Source: a bacterium | Lineage (GTDB): Bacteria > UBA8248 > JACPRG01 > G963555815 | Assembly (NCBI GenBank): GCA_965261595.1 | Contig: CBDHDG010000007.1 | Coordinates: forward strand, 928,001 to 992,000 | DNA length: 64,000 bases | Reading direction: 5' to 3' | In this document: piece by piece, positions 1-11,020 of the stretch | How the letters are laid out: each line of letters starts with the position of its first letter | Position numbering within the stretch: the first letter of the stretch is position 1 | Notes under the pieces: model-generated | Seen by the model: the letters and a program-made list of their open reading frames with translations, nothing else | Told to the model about the DNA's origin: nothing | Database searches by the model: none | Program-made: the position numbers and the translations under genes

Positions 1-133
1 CTTCGACTATCCGCACAATTGCTTCATCGGACGCATGATTCGGAGCGTGCACAACAACCTTTCTGTCACGCTCGATAGTGATCGTAACCTTCGTTCGTTT
101 TGAAGATCTTTTTACCGAATAGGTAATATCCAT
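1..133 (-). CDS. M48/YgjP (DUF45)-type metallopeptidase, N-terminal part; runs off the window edge
   Basis: Manual translation from ATG at 133 gives MDITYSVKRSSKRTKVTITIERDRKVVVHAP..., the typical YgjP-like N-terminus. It starts 5 bp after the hsdR stop, the usual position in type I RM operons. Confidence 0.75.
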   Translation of the reverse strand, partial: MDITYSVKRSSKRTKVTITIERDRKVVVHAPNHASDEAIVRIVE

Positions 134-138
134 CGTCA

Positions 139-3100
139 CTAGTCCGCGAAAAGAATCATGTCATTGTTCTTTTCAGCGATTTCCATAACTCGGCTAATGA
201 TGTGCGCACGATTCTTGATGAGGTCGGGCACTTTGGCGAACTCAGGCGCGAGCAAGGTTTTTTGGATCTCTGCTTTCAGCTTGTTGCGGGCCGGAATGCT
301 CTCCCAGAATCCTGCCAATTTCAGCTCTCTCTCAATAACGAGAGTAATCTGCTGTGTCAAATCTACTAGACAGCTGATTCGGTCTTCATCGTCGATGCCA
401 TAGACAGCATGCTCCTCAGCCACCTGAGACTGATCCACAGTCGGCTTATCTGCACCGAACAGCTCACGCTGAAACATTCGAAAGAATGGCATTTGCTTTT
501 TTCGATGCAATCCGTATGTTGGCTCGTTGCTGGCATTGATAATGCGCGCCCGCAGCTTCTCTAGTTCTTCGTAGATCTTGTTCCAGTTGTCGCGGAATTG
601 CTCAAAGATGACCGCCAGGGCTTCGGCGAAGGAGGCTCGCAGATCCGGATCATCGTCCAGGTCTACGTCGAGGTGGTGGCGGATCGCGTGCTCGATTTCG
701 GCCGCCTTGGTCTTGGTCCGGCGGTGCTCGCCGACACCCTTTTCGAAATCCTCGTCAAGGATCGAGATCGGCGGGACTTTGACATCGATGTCCCGGGACT
801 CGAGGTGGGCATCCGTGATTGCACGAAGCTTCGCCGGGATCCCCTTCATGCTCAGGCGCTGGTCGCGGAAGTGTTTTCCGGCGAGCACATTTATCTCGGC
901 GAGCGCCTTGTAGTCGCCCATGAACTCAAGGGCCTGGCGGGCCGGGAACAGGAGATTGAGCGACTTGGTCAGCCGCTTGAACGCCAGCATGAAGTCAAAG
1001 CGCAGGTCCTCGTCGTAGAACACATCGTAGAAGGCATCGTGATCGCTCATGTCCGTAAGTCCGTGCTTCTGGAGCAGGGCCATCACGGCGGCGTGGGCTT
1101 CCTCGAGTTCCCGCAACTCCTCATCGGGGAAGCTCAGGGCGTCGATGATCTCCTTCTGCTCGCGCTCGTCGTAGGTGTCGATCGCTTTCTTGAGATGGTG
1201 GCCAATGCCGACATAGTCCACCACGAAGCCCTTGTCCTTGGATTCGCCGCCCACGCGGTTCACACGGGCGATGGCCTGCAGCAGGTTATGGGCAACCACG
1301 ACCTTGTCCAGATACATCACCTGCTCGACCGGCGCATCGAAGCCGGTAAGCAGCATGTTGTTGATAATGAGGATCCCCAGGTCGCCGTTGACACCGTCTT
1401 CTTCACTGCCGAACGCCAGTTTGAAGCTCTTGATGCTCGCCTCGTGCCGTGACGAGTCGGAATACTCTTTGAGGTGGGGCAGGTCGTTGTGGCGTCTGGA
1501 GATCACGACGTCCGTCTTCATCGCCTTGAGGCGGTCCAAGTCCAGCTTGTGCCCGTATCGGCCTGCTCCAGCTTTGCGACCGCCGCCGCGAGCGCGGCGT
1601 CCAGGTGCTTCTTGTAGCGCACGGCAGCCTCGCGTGACGTCGCCACCACCTGCGCCTTGTAGCCGTTGGGGAACACATGCGCGAGGTAGTGCTCCACCAT
1701 GTCCCTGGCCTTGGTCTCGATGGTCAGCTCTGCCTCGAGATAGGCGTCCCGCGATCCGTACCCGAGGATGTCCAGACGCTGCTGGATGTTGTACTCGCTG
1801 AACACGTCCTCGAACGCCGCGTCCATCCAGCCCCGGTCGGGGACCTCCGCGTTGTGCGTGCGGCCCTCGTAGACGATCTCTAGCGTCACGCCGTCCTCGA
1901 TGGACTGGCGCATCGTGTACTTGTCGATGTAGTCGCCGAAGACTTGCTCGGTCTTGTCGATCGGCGTGTCCGTGTAGCCGATTTTGGCGGCGTTGGGGAT
2001 GCCCTTGTCGAGGTTGGCCCCAAGCAGCTTGTACTGCGATCGGTGGGCCTCGTCAGTCATGACGAGGATGTTGGGGCTGGCGTTCAGCTCCGGGAAGGTC
2101 TCGGTCAGGTCCGCCTCGCGGAACTTGTGGATCATCGCCATCACCAGGTCGGAGGTGTCGGCGCTGAGCAGTTCCTTGAGCCCCTTGATGCTGTCGGCCA
2201 GCTTCACCGTGAAGCCGATGCTCTGACTGGTCTCGGACAGCTGCTGTTCCAATTGGGTGCGGTCGGTAATGAAGACGACCTTCCAATTCGAGAGCTGCGC
2301 GTGACGGTACATCTCCCGAACCATGAACATCATGGTGAGCGACTTGCCGGAGCCCTGGGTGTGCCAGACGATGCCGCTGCGCTCGCGGGGATTACGGCCT
2401 TCGATAAGCCGCTTTACCGCCAACTTCACCGCACGGAACTGTTGGTAGCGGCCGACGATCTTGATCGTCTGGCCCTTATCATTCGTCGAGAACAGCGTGA
2501 AGGTCCGAATCAAGTCGAGCAGGTTGTCCCGGTCAAGCATGCCGGCGACGAGACGCTGCTGGTCGTTGGGGCTGCCTGAGCCGTGGTCCAGCTCGTCCAC
2601 GGTTCGTGGATACGGGTCGGCCCAGCGGTAGAAGTACTTCTCCGTGTGCGTGGTGATGGTGCCGAACTTGGCTTCCTGCCGGCAAGTCGCCACGACGAAC
2701 TGGTTGTAGTAGAAGAGCGGCGCATTCCCTTCCCTCTCGGCCCCGCGCTGCTCGCTGTAGCGGAGAAGCTGATCGATCGCCTCGGGAATCGCGTCCTTGA
2801 CCTTGGGCGATTTGCACTCGATCACCACCACTGGCAGACCGTTGAGGAACAGCACGACGTCGGGGATGATGTGGTGCTCGGTGCCGAGGACGCGGACCTT
2901 GAACTGGCAGACCGCGATGAAGCGGTTGTTGTCGCGGGTCCCAAAGTCCGCGAAGCGGACGGTCGGGCTCTTCTCGCCGCTCTGACGGTTCTCGCTGACA
3001 CTGGTGTTCTCCAGTAGGAGCTGGAACAGGTGCTTGTTGTTCTCCAGCAAACCGGTGCTCGGGAAGCTCGCGGTGAGCTGCTTGACGACCTCCTCGACCT

Positions 3101-3326
3101 GATCGTCTTCGAGCCAGGGGTTGATGACCTTGAGCCGCTCGCGCAGCACCGGCGTCATCACGACCTCGGTGAAGCTCTCCCGATGGGTGTCGGCCGGGGT
3201 CTGCTTCATGTCCGTCAAGTCGATGACCGCCCAGCCCAAGCCCGCAAGCTGGTCGAGCAGCGGCTTTTCGACGTGGTTGCGCTCGTCGAGGCGAAGTTCC
3301 TTGGCTGTGGTCGATTCCGTGCCCAT
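139..3326 (-). pseudogene. hsdR: Type I restriction endonuclease subunit R, frameshifted near 1550
   Basis: ORF 1518-3326 has the nuclease motif (PD..LFLNGLPVVVIECK), Walker A (HTQGSGKS) and DEAH. ORF 139-1539 has MLLTGFDAP and QAIARVNR. Frames join at ACG GG(G) CAC AAG. Motif III reads GYTDTP instead of G(F/Y)TGTP. Confidence 0.92.
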
Positions 3327-3340
3327 GGCCGCCTGCCCCT

Positions 3341-3991
3341 TTACTTATGTTCCATCGGATGCGATCCGAAGTGGTCCGGGAGATCGTCGAGCCTTTCGCG
3401 ACACCTGAACGTCAGCGTGACCTCGCCGGTGGTCTTTCGCGTCGTCCAGTAGTTGCCCCTTAGCTTTTGAGCCGGCTCCCCGATGATCTCGAAGAGCATC
3501 GCTCCATCATGTGGCTGACTGCGATCTGGTATCAGAACCGACGGAACACTTGTATAGCAATATGCCAGCTTGCGTACCTGCTCGTCATTGTCGATCCAAA
3601 AATCAGCGCAATAACTGCGACTGGTCATCTCAGCCGTGCGCATCACACAACTGATTCGGCCAAACGTCTGCCGTATCATCAGAAGCACCGGAATCGGGCC
3701 GGGAACTTCTCGGGTATCCGGGTTCTTCCAAGTCGTCTGAAGGTGCCCCTGCCAAGTGCCATCGAGGCAAGGAAACGGCACAAGCCAGTTCCGAAAGATC
3801 CGCCACTTCCAGGCGTACAGCACGAAAGCCATCCATACGATGAGCAGGATGGGCACCGTCTTGTAGGCGATCTTCAACGCACTCCAGACATCGCGGACCT
3901 CTGCCCCCGTTGCGAGTGCAACGGCGATGAAACAGACGGCGAAGAGGCCGAACATGAAGAATGCGAATGGTCTGACCTTGATGTTCTTCAT
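3341..3991 (-). CDS. cap15: CBASS Cap15-type effector (2 TM helices + SMODS-associated beta-barrel)
   Basis: Two hydrophobic N-terminal segments, then W.W...P.LDGTWQG, I.QT, LAYCY..P, H.G and L.G.YWT.R.T.G motifs. The start ATG overlaps the CD-NTase stop (ATGA, 3988-3991). Confidence 0.85.
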   Translation of the reverse strand: MKNIKVRPFAFFMFGLFAVCFIAVALATGAEVRDVWSALKIAYKTVPILLIVWMAFVLYAWKWRIFRNWLVPFPCLDGTWQGHLQTTWKNPDTREVPGPIPVLLMIRQTFGRISCVMRTAEMTSRSYCADFWIDNDEQVRKLAYCYTSVPSVLIPDRSQPHDGAMLFEIIGEPAQKLRGNYWTTRKTTGEVTLTFRCRERLDDLPDHFGSHPMEHK

Positions 3992-4890
3992 TGGTATCCG
4001 ATGTAGTCCCATGCTGCTTGCAGGAACTCATTCGCCTCCTGCCGTGTCCAGGGCTGGGCAAGACGGAAGAGGTACTTCAGCTCGTTGACCTCGCCCCATT
4101 CCGAGCAGTCATCATCCTTTCGCGTGCGGTTCCACAAATCCGCAAGTAGATGCCGGACGATCGCTGTGTACGTGTCCTTGCTGAATGCATCGACGTTAGC
4201 GTTCCAGACCAGGCACTCAATCAGGAACGACGGCGTCTTCTTGGCTATGGCGATCCCATCGTCCTGCATCCTGTCACGCAGCCGCTTGAGGATACGGATG
4301 ACCCGCTTGTACTTCCGTCCGGTTGCGGTGTTCCGTTCCACTCCGTTGTTGTAAGTCTGCTCCGGCCAGTTAATGACCCGCGAACCTGAGTCGGGATCAA
4401 ATGCGACCCCGGACAGATAATGATGGCTGCCGTCGGCATTCTTCCGCCCCGTGTACCAGCGGCACTCGAATGTCGGGACGACATCTGCGTCGATGCGGTA
4501 CGTGTTGGCATGGACGTCAAATGCCTTGTTGCCTCGCGTAACACCAGTCTTGCCGAAGTAGTCCTCCAGCACCTTCTGGACCATGCTTTTGAAATCGGCG
4601 AACGGAAGCGATTCCTCAACATGCCCGAACGTCTCCCGTGTCGTACCTTTCGGATAGTCGGGGAAAAACGCCGAGTCATAGCGCACGCAGATGTCCACGT
4701 CGCTGTTCTGCCGGACGTTGGTCCTCGCACGATACGACCCTTGGGCGAACACGGAAATGTCGAGGGCGGCAAGTTGCTCACTCGCTTTGATGGCCTTTCG
4801 CACGGCCGTCTCAGCATTGCTGCACTTATCGGCCTCGGTTTGGCCGGGTCCCTTCGACCATGACACGAGGTTCTCTTCGGAAATGTTCAC
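3988..4890 (-). CDS. cdnE: cGAS/DncV-like nucleotidyltransferase (CD-NTase, clade E/CdnE-like)
   Basis: QGSY...TNV...SDVDI, GNKAFDV, DADVVP, INWPEQ, PSFLIECLVWN and C-terminal QPW motifs; 300 aa. The GTG start overlaps the hsdS stop (GTGA). Confidence 0.9.
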   Translation of the reverse strand: MNISEENLVSWSKGPGQTEADKCSNAETAVRKAIKASEQLAALDISVFAQGSYRARTNVRQNSDVDICVRYDSAFFPDYPKGTTRETFGHVEESLPFADFKSMVQKVLEDYFGKTGVTRGNKAFDVHANTYRIDADVVPTFECRWYTGRKNADGSHHYLSGVAFDPDSGSRVINWPEQTYNNGVERNTATGRKYKRVIRILKRLRDRMQDDGIAIAKKTPSFLIECLVWNANVDAFSKDTYTAIVRHLLADLWNRTRKDDDCSEWGEVNELKYLFRLAQPWTRQEANEFLQAAWDYIGYQ

Positions 4891-6185
4891 GCGCCGACTA
4901 CCTGCTCCGGGCTCCCTAAGAGTGCGGTTACCCGACGATCTCCTGTAAGCAGGTCCTTCATGAGGCCACGCTTCTCTGCCTGCAACTTAGCGGTCAGGCC
5001 CTGGAGCCGCTCGTTGACCGACTGTTGCTCGTCAAAGATCCTCACGATGTGTTTCTGCTCGTTCGGCAGCGGGACACCTACCAAGGCGGCCTGCAGCTCA
5101 TCCATGTCAAACCGTTTGGTGCCATGCGTCGCAGTCGTGGTGAGCTTTAGGAACTGGTGAGAGTGTGACGAGAGCCAGTACGCCAGATAGCGACCCATGA
5201 GCCCCTGTTTGGGCACAATCGCCTTCACGTCCTGATTAAATACCACCTCCGTCCTAGAGACTCCTACCGGGAATGTGTGCGCCAAGATCATCCCGCGAAT
5301 GACAATGAACACCGTGCCGGTCGGCATGAGTCGGGCGCCCGCAGCGACGGCATCCCCGGTAATTGTGTCGATGCTCTGGTGAAGCTCAAACTGCTTCATG
5401 TCTTTTGGGCAGACCCACGGAACCCCTCCGCCCCAGAATCGCCGGATGGCCTTGGAGGGAGTCCCGCCGCTGAACCACTGGCCGCAGGAACCGAATGGCA
5501 TCGGATCCCACTCCACCGGAACCCGCCCGAGCGCGGAGTCCTTGAACTCGTGGAACTGTTCGGAGCGGAGGTTGCCGTGCTCGTCGATTCCTCGGGTGAG
5601 CAGGTCCTGCATGAGGCCGGTCTTGATGCGCTGCTGCTTGGCGATGAGCGCCTCGGTCTCCTCGATCGCCCGATCGACGGTCGAGAGCACGCGTACAATC
5701 ATCGATTGTTCACGGAGGTCAGCGGGGATGTCGACATTGACACCCTTGGTAAAGGCGGTCTTGAGGCCTGGCTGTGCCGAGCCCGAGATCTGCAGGCGGA
5801 TCTGCGCCTGCCCCAAATCAGACAAGAGTGAGTAGTAGAGGTATCCCTGCATTATTTAGTCAGGATCGCCGCGCAAGAGGAACACGTGTTCATTGATGCA
5901 GGCAACGAGAGCGCGGCCAGGGTGATACCAGCCAACCTTTCCTGTCTGAGCGCCGTCCTTATTAATCAGAACATCATTGTCACGCAGGTGCCCCTAGGTC
6001 ATTCTGTTGAAGAACGCGACCGGCACGCGCTTTACGTCCTCCAGCGTGACTCCTCCGGATTGCAGGATATTCTCGCCTCCAATGCTGAGCACTTCGCCGC
6101 CATCAATGGATGCACCGCCCGTGGGGCGAGAGCCACTCTCCAGTGTGGCGATCACGGTTTCCAGCGCTTCGTTCGACCACGTCAT
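4887..6185 (-). pseudogene. hsdS: Type I RM specificity subunit S with two in-frame nonsense codons
   Basis: One continuous frame: ...FNRMT*GHLRDNDVLINKDGAQTGKV...FLLRGDPD*IMQGYLY... (TAG 5994-5996, TAA 5856-5858). Two TRDs and the conserved IKTGLMQDLLT / KRGLMKDLLTG helices are present. Confidence 0.92.
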
Positions 6186-8879
6186 GACGACACTTCGAAG
6201 TAACCGAGGCCGACAAGATAGCCGTCAAGGGCCTTCAATGTCTGAGCGCGATTCGAGTCCAGCACCTGAGTGCTAATCGAGTACTTCTCCCATAGATTCT
6301 CGACGACTCGCACGAGCACCCGCTTCTCCGCATTGAAATAGCGGTCCAGCTCGGCGCGGGCGACGTCGTAGATTTTCTTCAGGATCAGGCGGCGAGCGTC
6401 GGCCTCGCTGATCTGGCCGCCGATCACCTTGAGCACCGCATCGACCTGGACAAGCCGGGCATTCAGCGCCTCCTTGTCCTTATCGAGCGCGGCAACGGTC
6501 TTCTTGTCGGCCTTCTTCTTCGGGTTCAGCCCGGCGAGACGGGCCTCTGCCTGTGCGATCAGCGCCTGGGCCTCGACCTTGAAGTCGTCGGCCCCGAGGC
6601 GCTTGAGTTCGAGCTTGAACTCCAACTCTGTGGCCTTTTCCTTGAGCGTCGCCTTGGCGTCCTTGCTCCGCTTCTCGATCGCCTTGATGGCCTTGTCGTG
6701 GTCCGTGAGGTTCTTGAGTTCCTTCTTAGCGGAAGCGCCGGCGCTGTCCTTCAGGTCGTCGATGAGTACCTTGAGGGCCTTCTTGATGACGGCGGCGGTG
6801 ACCTTCTCGTCCTCGTCGGGCTCGTAGCCGCTAACCTCCTGGGCGATCTCGACGGACTCGGACAGCTCGCCCTGGGCTTCGGCGATGGTCGCCTCCAGCG
6901 CCTCGATGGCGTCGGCCTCGGCCTGGAAGTACTCGGCAATGAGGTGTTCATCGGGGATGAGCGTGTGGTGCCAGCCGGTGGAGACGATGGTTTTGAGGTC
7001 GTAGCGGATCTGCTGCCACCAGTTGACGAAGACGCCGGCACTCTTGAACTCGTCGAGCACGCCCAACGGCACGAGCTTGGCCTTGAGGGTGGTGAGCAGC
7101 TCGTGGCGGACCTCGGGCATCTTCTTGCCGCCGTTGCCCGCATGCTGGAGCTGGGCGAAGTCGTCCCTGGCAACCGCCCACCAGGATTCGAGGGCGTCGT
7201 GGTGCCGGGTGAGAGTGCCCAGCAGCGCCGGGGCCGCTTCGAGCGTGGCCTTGATGGCGGGCCTGGCGTCGATGAACTCGCGAAAGGCGAGGTAGGCGGG
7301 ACGCTCGGGCTCGAAGAGTGAATCCGGGTTAACGCCGAACTTGGCGAAGTCGTCCGTGAGCGCAGCGACCTCCACCTCCGGGATTCCGCCGATGAGGTGC
7401 GCCTGGACATCCTCCGGCTCGGGGTTGGGCGTGTTGTCCACGTAGCGGCGGATGTTGAGGTTGTAGTCGTGGGTGTCCACGATCTCGGACTTAGGCACGA
7501 GGCGCGAGTGCTTGGGCAGCTCGCGCTTGTGGGTGAAGACGAAATCGATCTTCTCGATGTCCTCGGGGCGAAGCCGGTTCTGATTCTTGCCCTCTGCGTA
7601 TTCGCGATCGGCGTTGATGAAGAGGACCTTGTCCTTGAGTGCGTCGGGCTTGCTCTTGTTGCAGACCAGCACGCAGGCGGGGATGCCCGTGCCGTAGAAG
7701 AGGCCGGGCGGCAGGCTGACGATGGCCTCGATGCAGTCGTCATTGATGAAGAGCTCGCGGATGAGCTTTTCCTTACCACCACGGAACAGGACCCCGTGCG
7801 GCATGATCGTCGCCATCCGGCCGTTGGACTTGAGGCTGGCGAGCATGTGCTGCACGAACATGAGGTCCGCCTTCTTGCCGGACTCCGGGCACCACTCGCG
7901 GAAGCGACTGGTGAACTTCATGCCGGCGCGGCTGTAGTTCTGCGAGAATGGCGGGTTGGCGAGCACCCGGTCGAACTTGCGGATCTGGCCGTTGTCGAGC
8001 ATGAGCGGGTCCTCCAGCGTGTCACCGTTCTCGATCGTGGATCGGGTGATATTGTGGAGGATCATGTTCATGATGCAGATAGGACCAGACCGTTCCGTTG
8101 GAGTCCTGGCCGTAGAGGGCGAGGTCGTCGGCGTTCTGGCCCTGCTCTTCCACGTACTGGTGGGACTGAATGAGGAAGCCGCCGGAGCCGACCGTAGGGT
8201 CGTAGATGGTGTTGCCGGCCTCCGGCTGGGTGAGCTGGACGAGCAGGCGGACGACCTCGCCCGGGGTATAGAACTCACCGCCCTTCTTGCCGGCGCTGTC
8301 GGCGAAGAACTTGATGAGGTACTCGTAGGCGGCGCCGAGCAGGTCGGGGAACTCGAAGTTGTCGTTGACGAGGACGAACCCGGGCTGGCTGAAGTGGTCG
8401 AGCAGATCTTTCCACTTTTGGTCCGGGATCTTGGTCCTGCCCTTCACCGCGTTGAAGTCGATGTTGTTCTTCAGCACACCGGCGAGTGCATCGTTCTCGT
8501 CTTCGATGGCAGCGATGGCCTTATTGAGCATGTTGCCGATGTCGTGCTTTAGGTCCTTCAGGGCTGGCACGAGATCGCCGTTATCGTCCTTCCAGGGCTC
8601 GTGCCAGCGGGCTCTGACAGGGACAAAGAAAGTCTCGCCGTAGGATGTCTTGTCTTCGAGCAACTCGGCGACGAGATCCGGCTGGTCTTTGAAGTGTGCG
8701 AAGGTCTTCTTGTGGAGCTGCTCGCGTTTGCGGTCGAACTCGTCGGAAAGCCGCTTCAGGAACAGCATGCCGAAGATGAACTCCTTGAATTCCGAGGCGT
8801 CCATCTTGCCGCGCAGGATGTCGGCGGCCTTCAGGAGGAAGGACTCGAGCTGGGCGAGGGTGATTTTCCCTTGTTTCAT
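6182..8879 (-). pseudogene. hsdM: Type I RM N6-adenine methyltransferase subunit M with long C-terminal extension, frameshifted near 8081
   Basis: [46 protein letters not shown] in ORF 8022-8879; ANPPF and PHGVLFRG in ORF 6182-8278. One extra base at TGG TCC T ATC TGC. Confidence 0.92.
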
Positions 8880-9092
8880 CTTCTGCCCCCTCTCACGCTT
8901 CCGCCTCTGCCTTCCCCTTTTGCTTCTCGTACGCCTGCCGGACCAAGCCCATCACATATGGCTCTCTTCTGCATCCTATAGGAAATTTCCAGCGGCGCTC
9001 AGCAATTCATTCCTTCGTAATATACTGTATTATAACGATTTTCTTTCCTCCATCGCACCATCGCACCAGCCCGCTTGATCGGCACTGCCAAA

Positions 9093-9128
9093 TTGCGAAA
9101 GCACAGCGCAACCGGATTTGCGCACTAT
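9093..9128 (-). repeat. 36-bp dyad-containing site, inverted copy of 16389-16424
   Basis: Reverse complement atagtgcgcaaatccggttgcgctgtgctttcgcaa matches 16389-16424 at 31/36 positions. Confidence 0.8.
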
Positions 9129-9330
9129 CTGAGCTCGGCATGCCAGCGATTGACGCCCACGCCCCGGAACGCACGATTCCGGCCCCGGCCGGGTAGGAGG
9201 GGTCGTTGCGAGCCATCTTGTTCGGTCACGCAGTGACAGCGGTCTGGCAGCGAAACCCAGCCCCCGACACTCCGCTCCGCTGCCCTCCGGGGCGCTCGCC
9301 CGCCTCCCGCCGGTCCGCGTCGGCTGAACC

Positions 9331-9621
9331 CTAGCGCACCGCGTCGCGCAGCGTCTTGCCGGCCTTGAACGCGGGAGACTTCGAGACGACGATCTCGATG
9401 CTCTCGCCGGTCCTCGGGTGCCGCCCGGCGCGCGCCGGGCGGCACCCGACGGAGAACGTGCCGAACCGCGCGAGCGCGACCGTATCCCCCTTCGCAAGCG
9501 CGTCCTGAATCGCATCCAACACCCCGTCGACGGCCGCCGACGCCTCGGCCTTCGACAGCGAAACGCGGTTTGCCACCCGCGACACCATGTCTGCCTTGTA
9601 CACCATGTCTGCCTTGTTCAA
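9331..9621 (-). CDS. hup: HU-family DNA-binding protein with 6-aa N-terminal tandem duplication
   Basis: MNKADMV(YKADMV)SRVA...FGTFSV..RPARAGRHPRTGESIEI...PAFKAGKTLRDAV. TTG start at 9621 after GGGAGA. Confidence 0.9.
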   Translation of the reverse strand: MNKADMVYKADMVSRVANRVSLSKAEASAAVDGVLDAIQDALAKGDTVALARFGTFSVGCRPARAGRHPRTGESIEIVVSKSPAFKAGKTLRDAVR

Positions 9622-9760
9622 CTCTGCATCTCCCTCAACCGGATTCGATCCTGTCCGCGCGCGGGGACTACACGCTGCCCGGCCCCCGGCGGCAGGCGCG
9701 CGTCCCGCCTGTCCTTCAACGGCCCCGCTAAACCTCTCCACCGTACCAGAACCGCCTTGG

Positions 9761-10150
9761 TCAGTCCTTCGTCGCGCCGTCGGCCGCATCCGGCCTCCGT
9801 CCGCTCTCGACGATGCCGCTTGCGAGCACCTCCATCTGCTTCCTCAGCCCGGGATCCTCTCTGGGCCTGTCCCATTCCGAGGTCTCGCTTCGTCGATGAT
9901 CCCGTAGCGCCGCCAGCTCCGCTTCCTCCATGTTCAGAAGAAATGTGTACAGCTTGTCCACGATTTCGCGCATCGTCTGACCCATCTCGGTGGCGTCCAG
10001 ACGGGCCGCCGGGAGCACCACCGACCCGATCGCAAGTGCATGGCGATGGCGGCACCTGGAAGCGACCGGTGCGCCCTTCACCACCTGGAGGCCTTCACGC
10101 AGCAACGGGCTCTCAACCGCCGCCGCCGGTTGTGCGGATGCGGCGCTCAA
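9761..10150 (-). CDS. Hypothetical protein, probably a gene remnant next to the truncated IS1380
   Basis: ORF with a plausible helical C-terminus; no recognisable motif. Confidence 0.3.
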   Translation of the reverse strand: MSAASAQPAAAVESPLLREGLQVVKGAPVASRCRHRHALAIGSVVLPAARLDATEMGQTMREIVDKLYTFLLNMEEAELAALRDHRRSETSEWDRPREDPGLRKQMEVLASGIVESGRRPDAADGATKD

Positions 10151-10194
10151 CCGGACCCCGGATACCGTACGTGCGCCCGGTGCCGGGTTTGGGC

Positions 10195-11020
10195 ATAGAC
10201 CTCGGGGCTCGTAAAGGCGGCATCGGCCCGAAAGGAACGGCGAACATCAGCGTGCTCATAGCGGGCCGTGATGGGCTCCAACAACTTTCGCCACCCATCG
10301 GCGCTGTGAACGTTGCCCAGACGCAACATCGCCCCCTCGCAGTCCCCAAACGGGTTGAAGCAGAATAAGGGATGGTAGCAGAGGGAACCGAAGTGACCGT
10401 TATAGGCAGTCCCTTCCTGCTGTCCGTGCACCCGGCTTTCCGAGCTATCCATGTCCAGGATGACCCGCTGATGCGGCGTGCGGCTCATGGCCCGCTCTAC
10501 CCATTCCGTGTTCAGTTGCCTCAGCCTACTCAGGTTCTCCTCGCTGCAGAGAACTTCAGTCTCGAACCGGCTCCATGTGTTGGTGCTGGCCGCCTGCTTC
10601 TCAAGTGCCCGCCGGCCAACTACGGCTTGCCTAGCAGGGTCTCTCGCCAATCGCTCGGCATCGTTGGTGTCCTCGTACCCGGCCAGGCGACTATAGACTG
10701 ACTGGCGCAATAGCGGCACCAACTCATGCTGGACGTTCCGGCCATGACGGATCTCTTGCAAGTGGGCTGGCGCTCTCACCGTCAAACCCAGCGCATCATC
10801 CAACTCCCGGCAGGCCAGCAATCCTGCATCTGAAGTGATTCTGGCTCCGTGAAAGTCAAGCCTCAGCTTACGGTTACAATGGACCCTCAATGCCGTCTTT
10901 TTCGCTTCACCCATAGGGGTACCCCGCGAGAACGTGGCAGGGGGAAGCCAACACGCTGATTTTACAAGAAAAAGCGCCTTTCGGTCTGTCGAATCTTATG
11001 ATCTAAATGGGAAATGCGGG
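10195..11020 (-). mobile_element. IS1380-family element, 3'-truncated
   Basis: Transposase from ATG 10914 (ITSDAGLLA..ELD, GYEDTNDA, LDMDSSES, FRADAAF). Terminal sequence cccgcatttcccat at 11020 is shared with the copy ending at 18518. Similarity stops at about 10195. Confidence 0.88.

Noticed and set aside
5856..5996. Programmed readthrough or phase variation of hsdS stops
   Set aside because: Two different stops (TAG, TAA), and no repeat tract, inverted repeats or second hsdS for shuffling.
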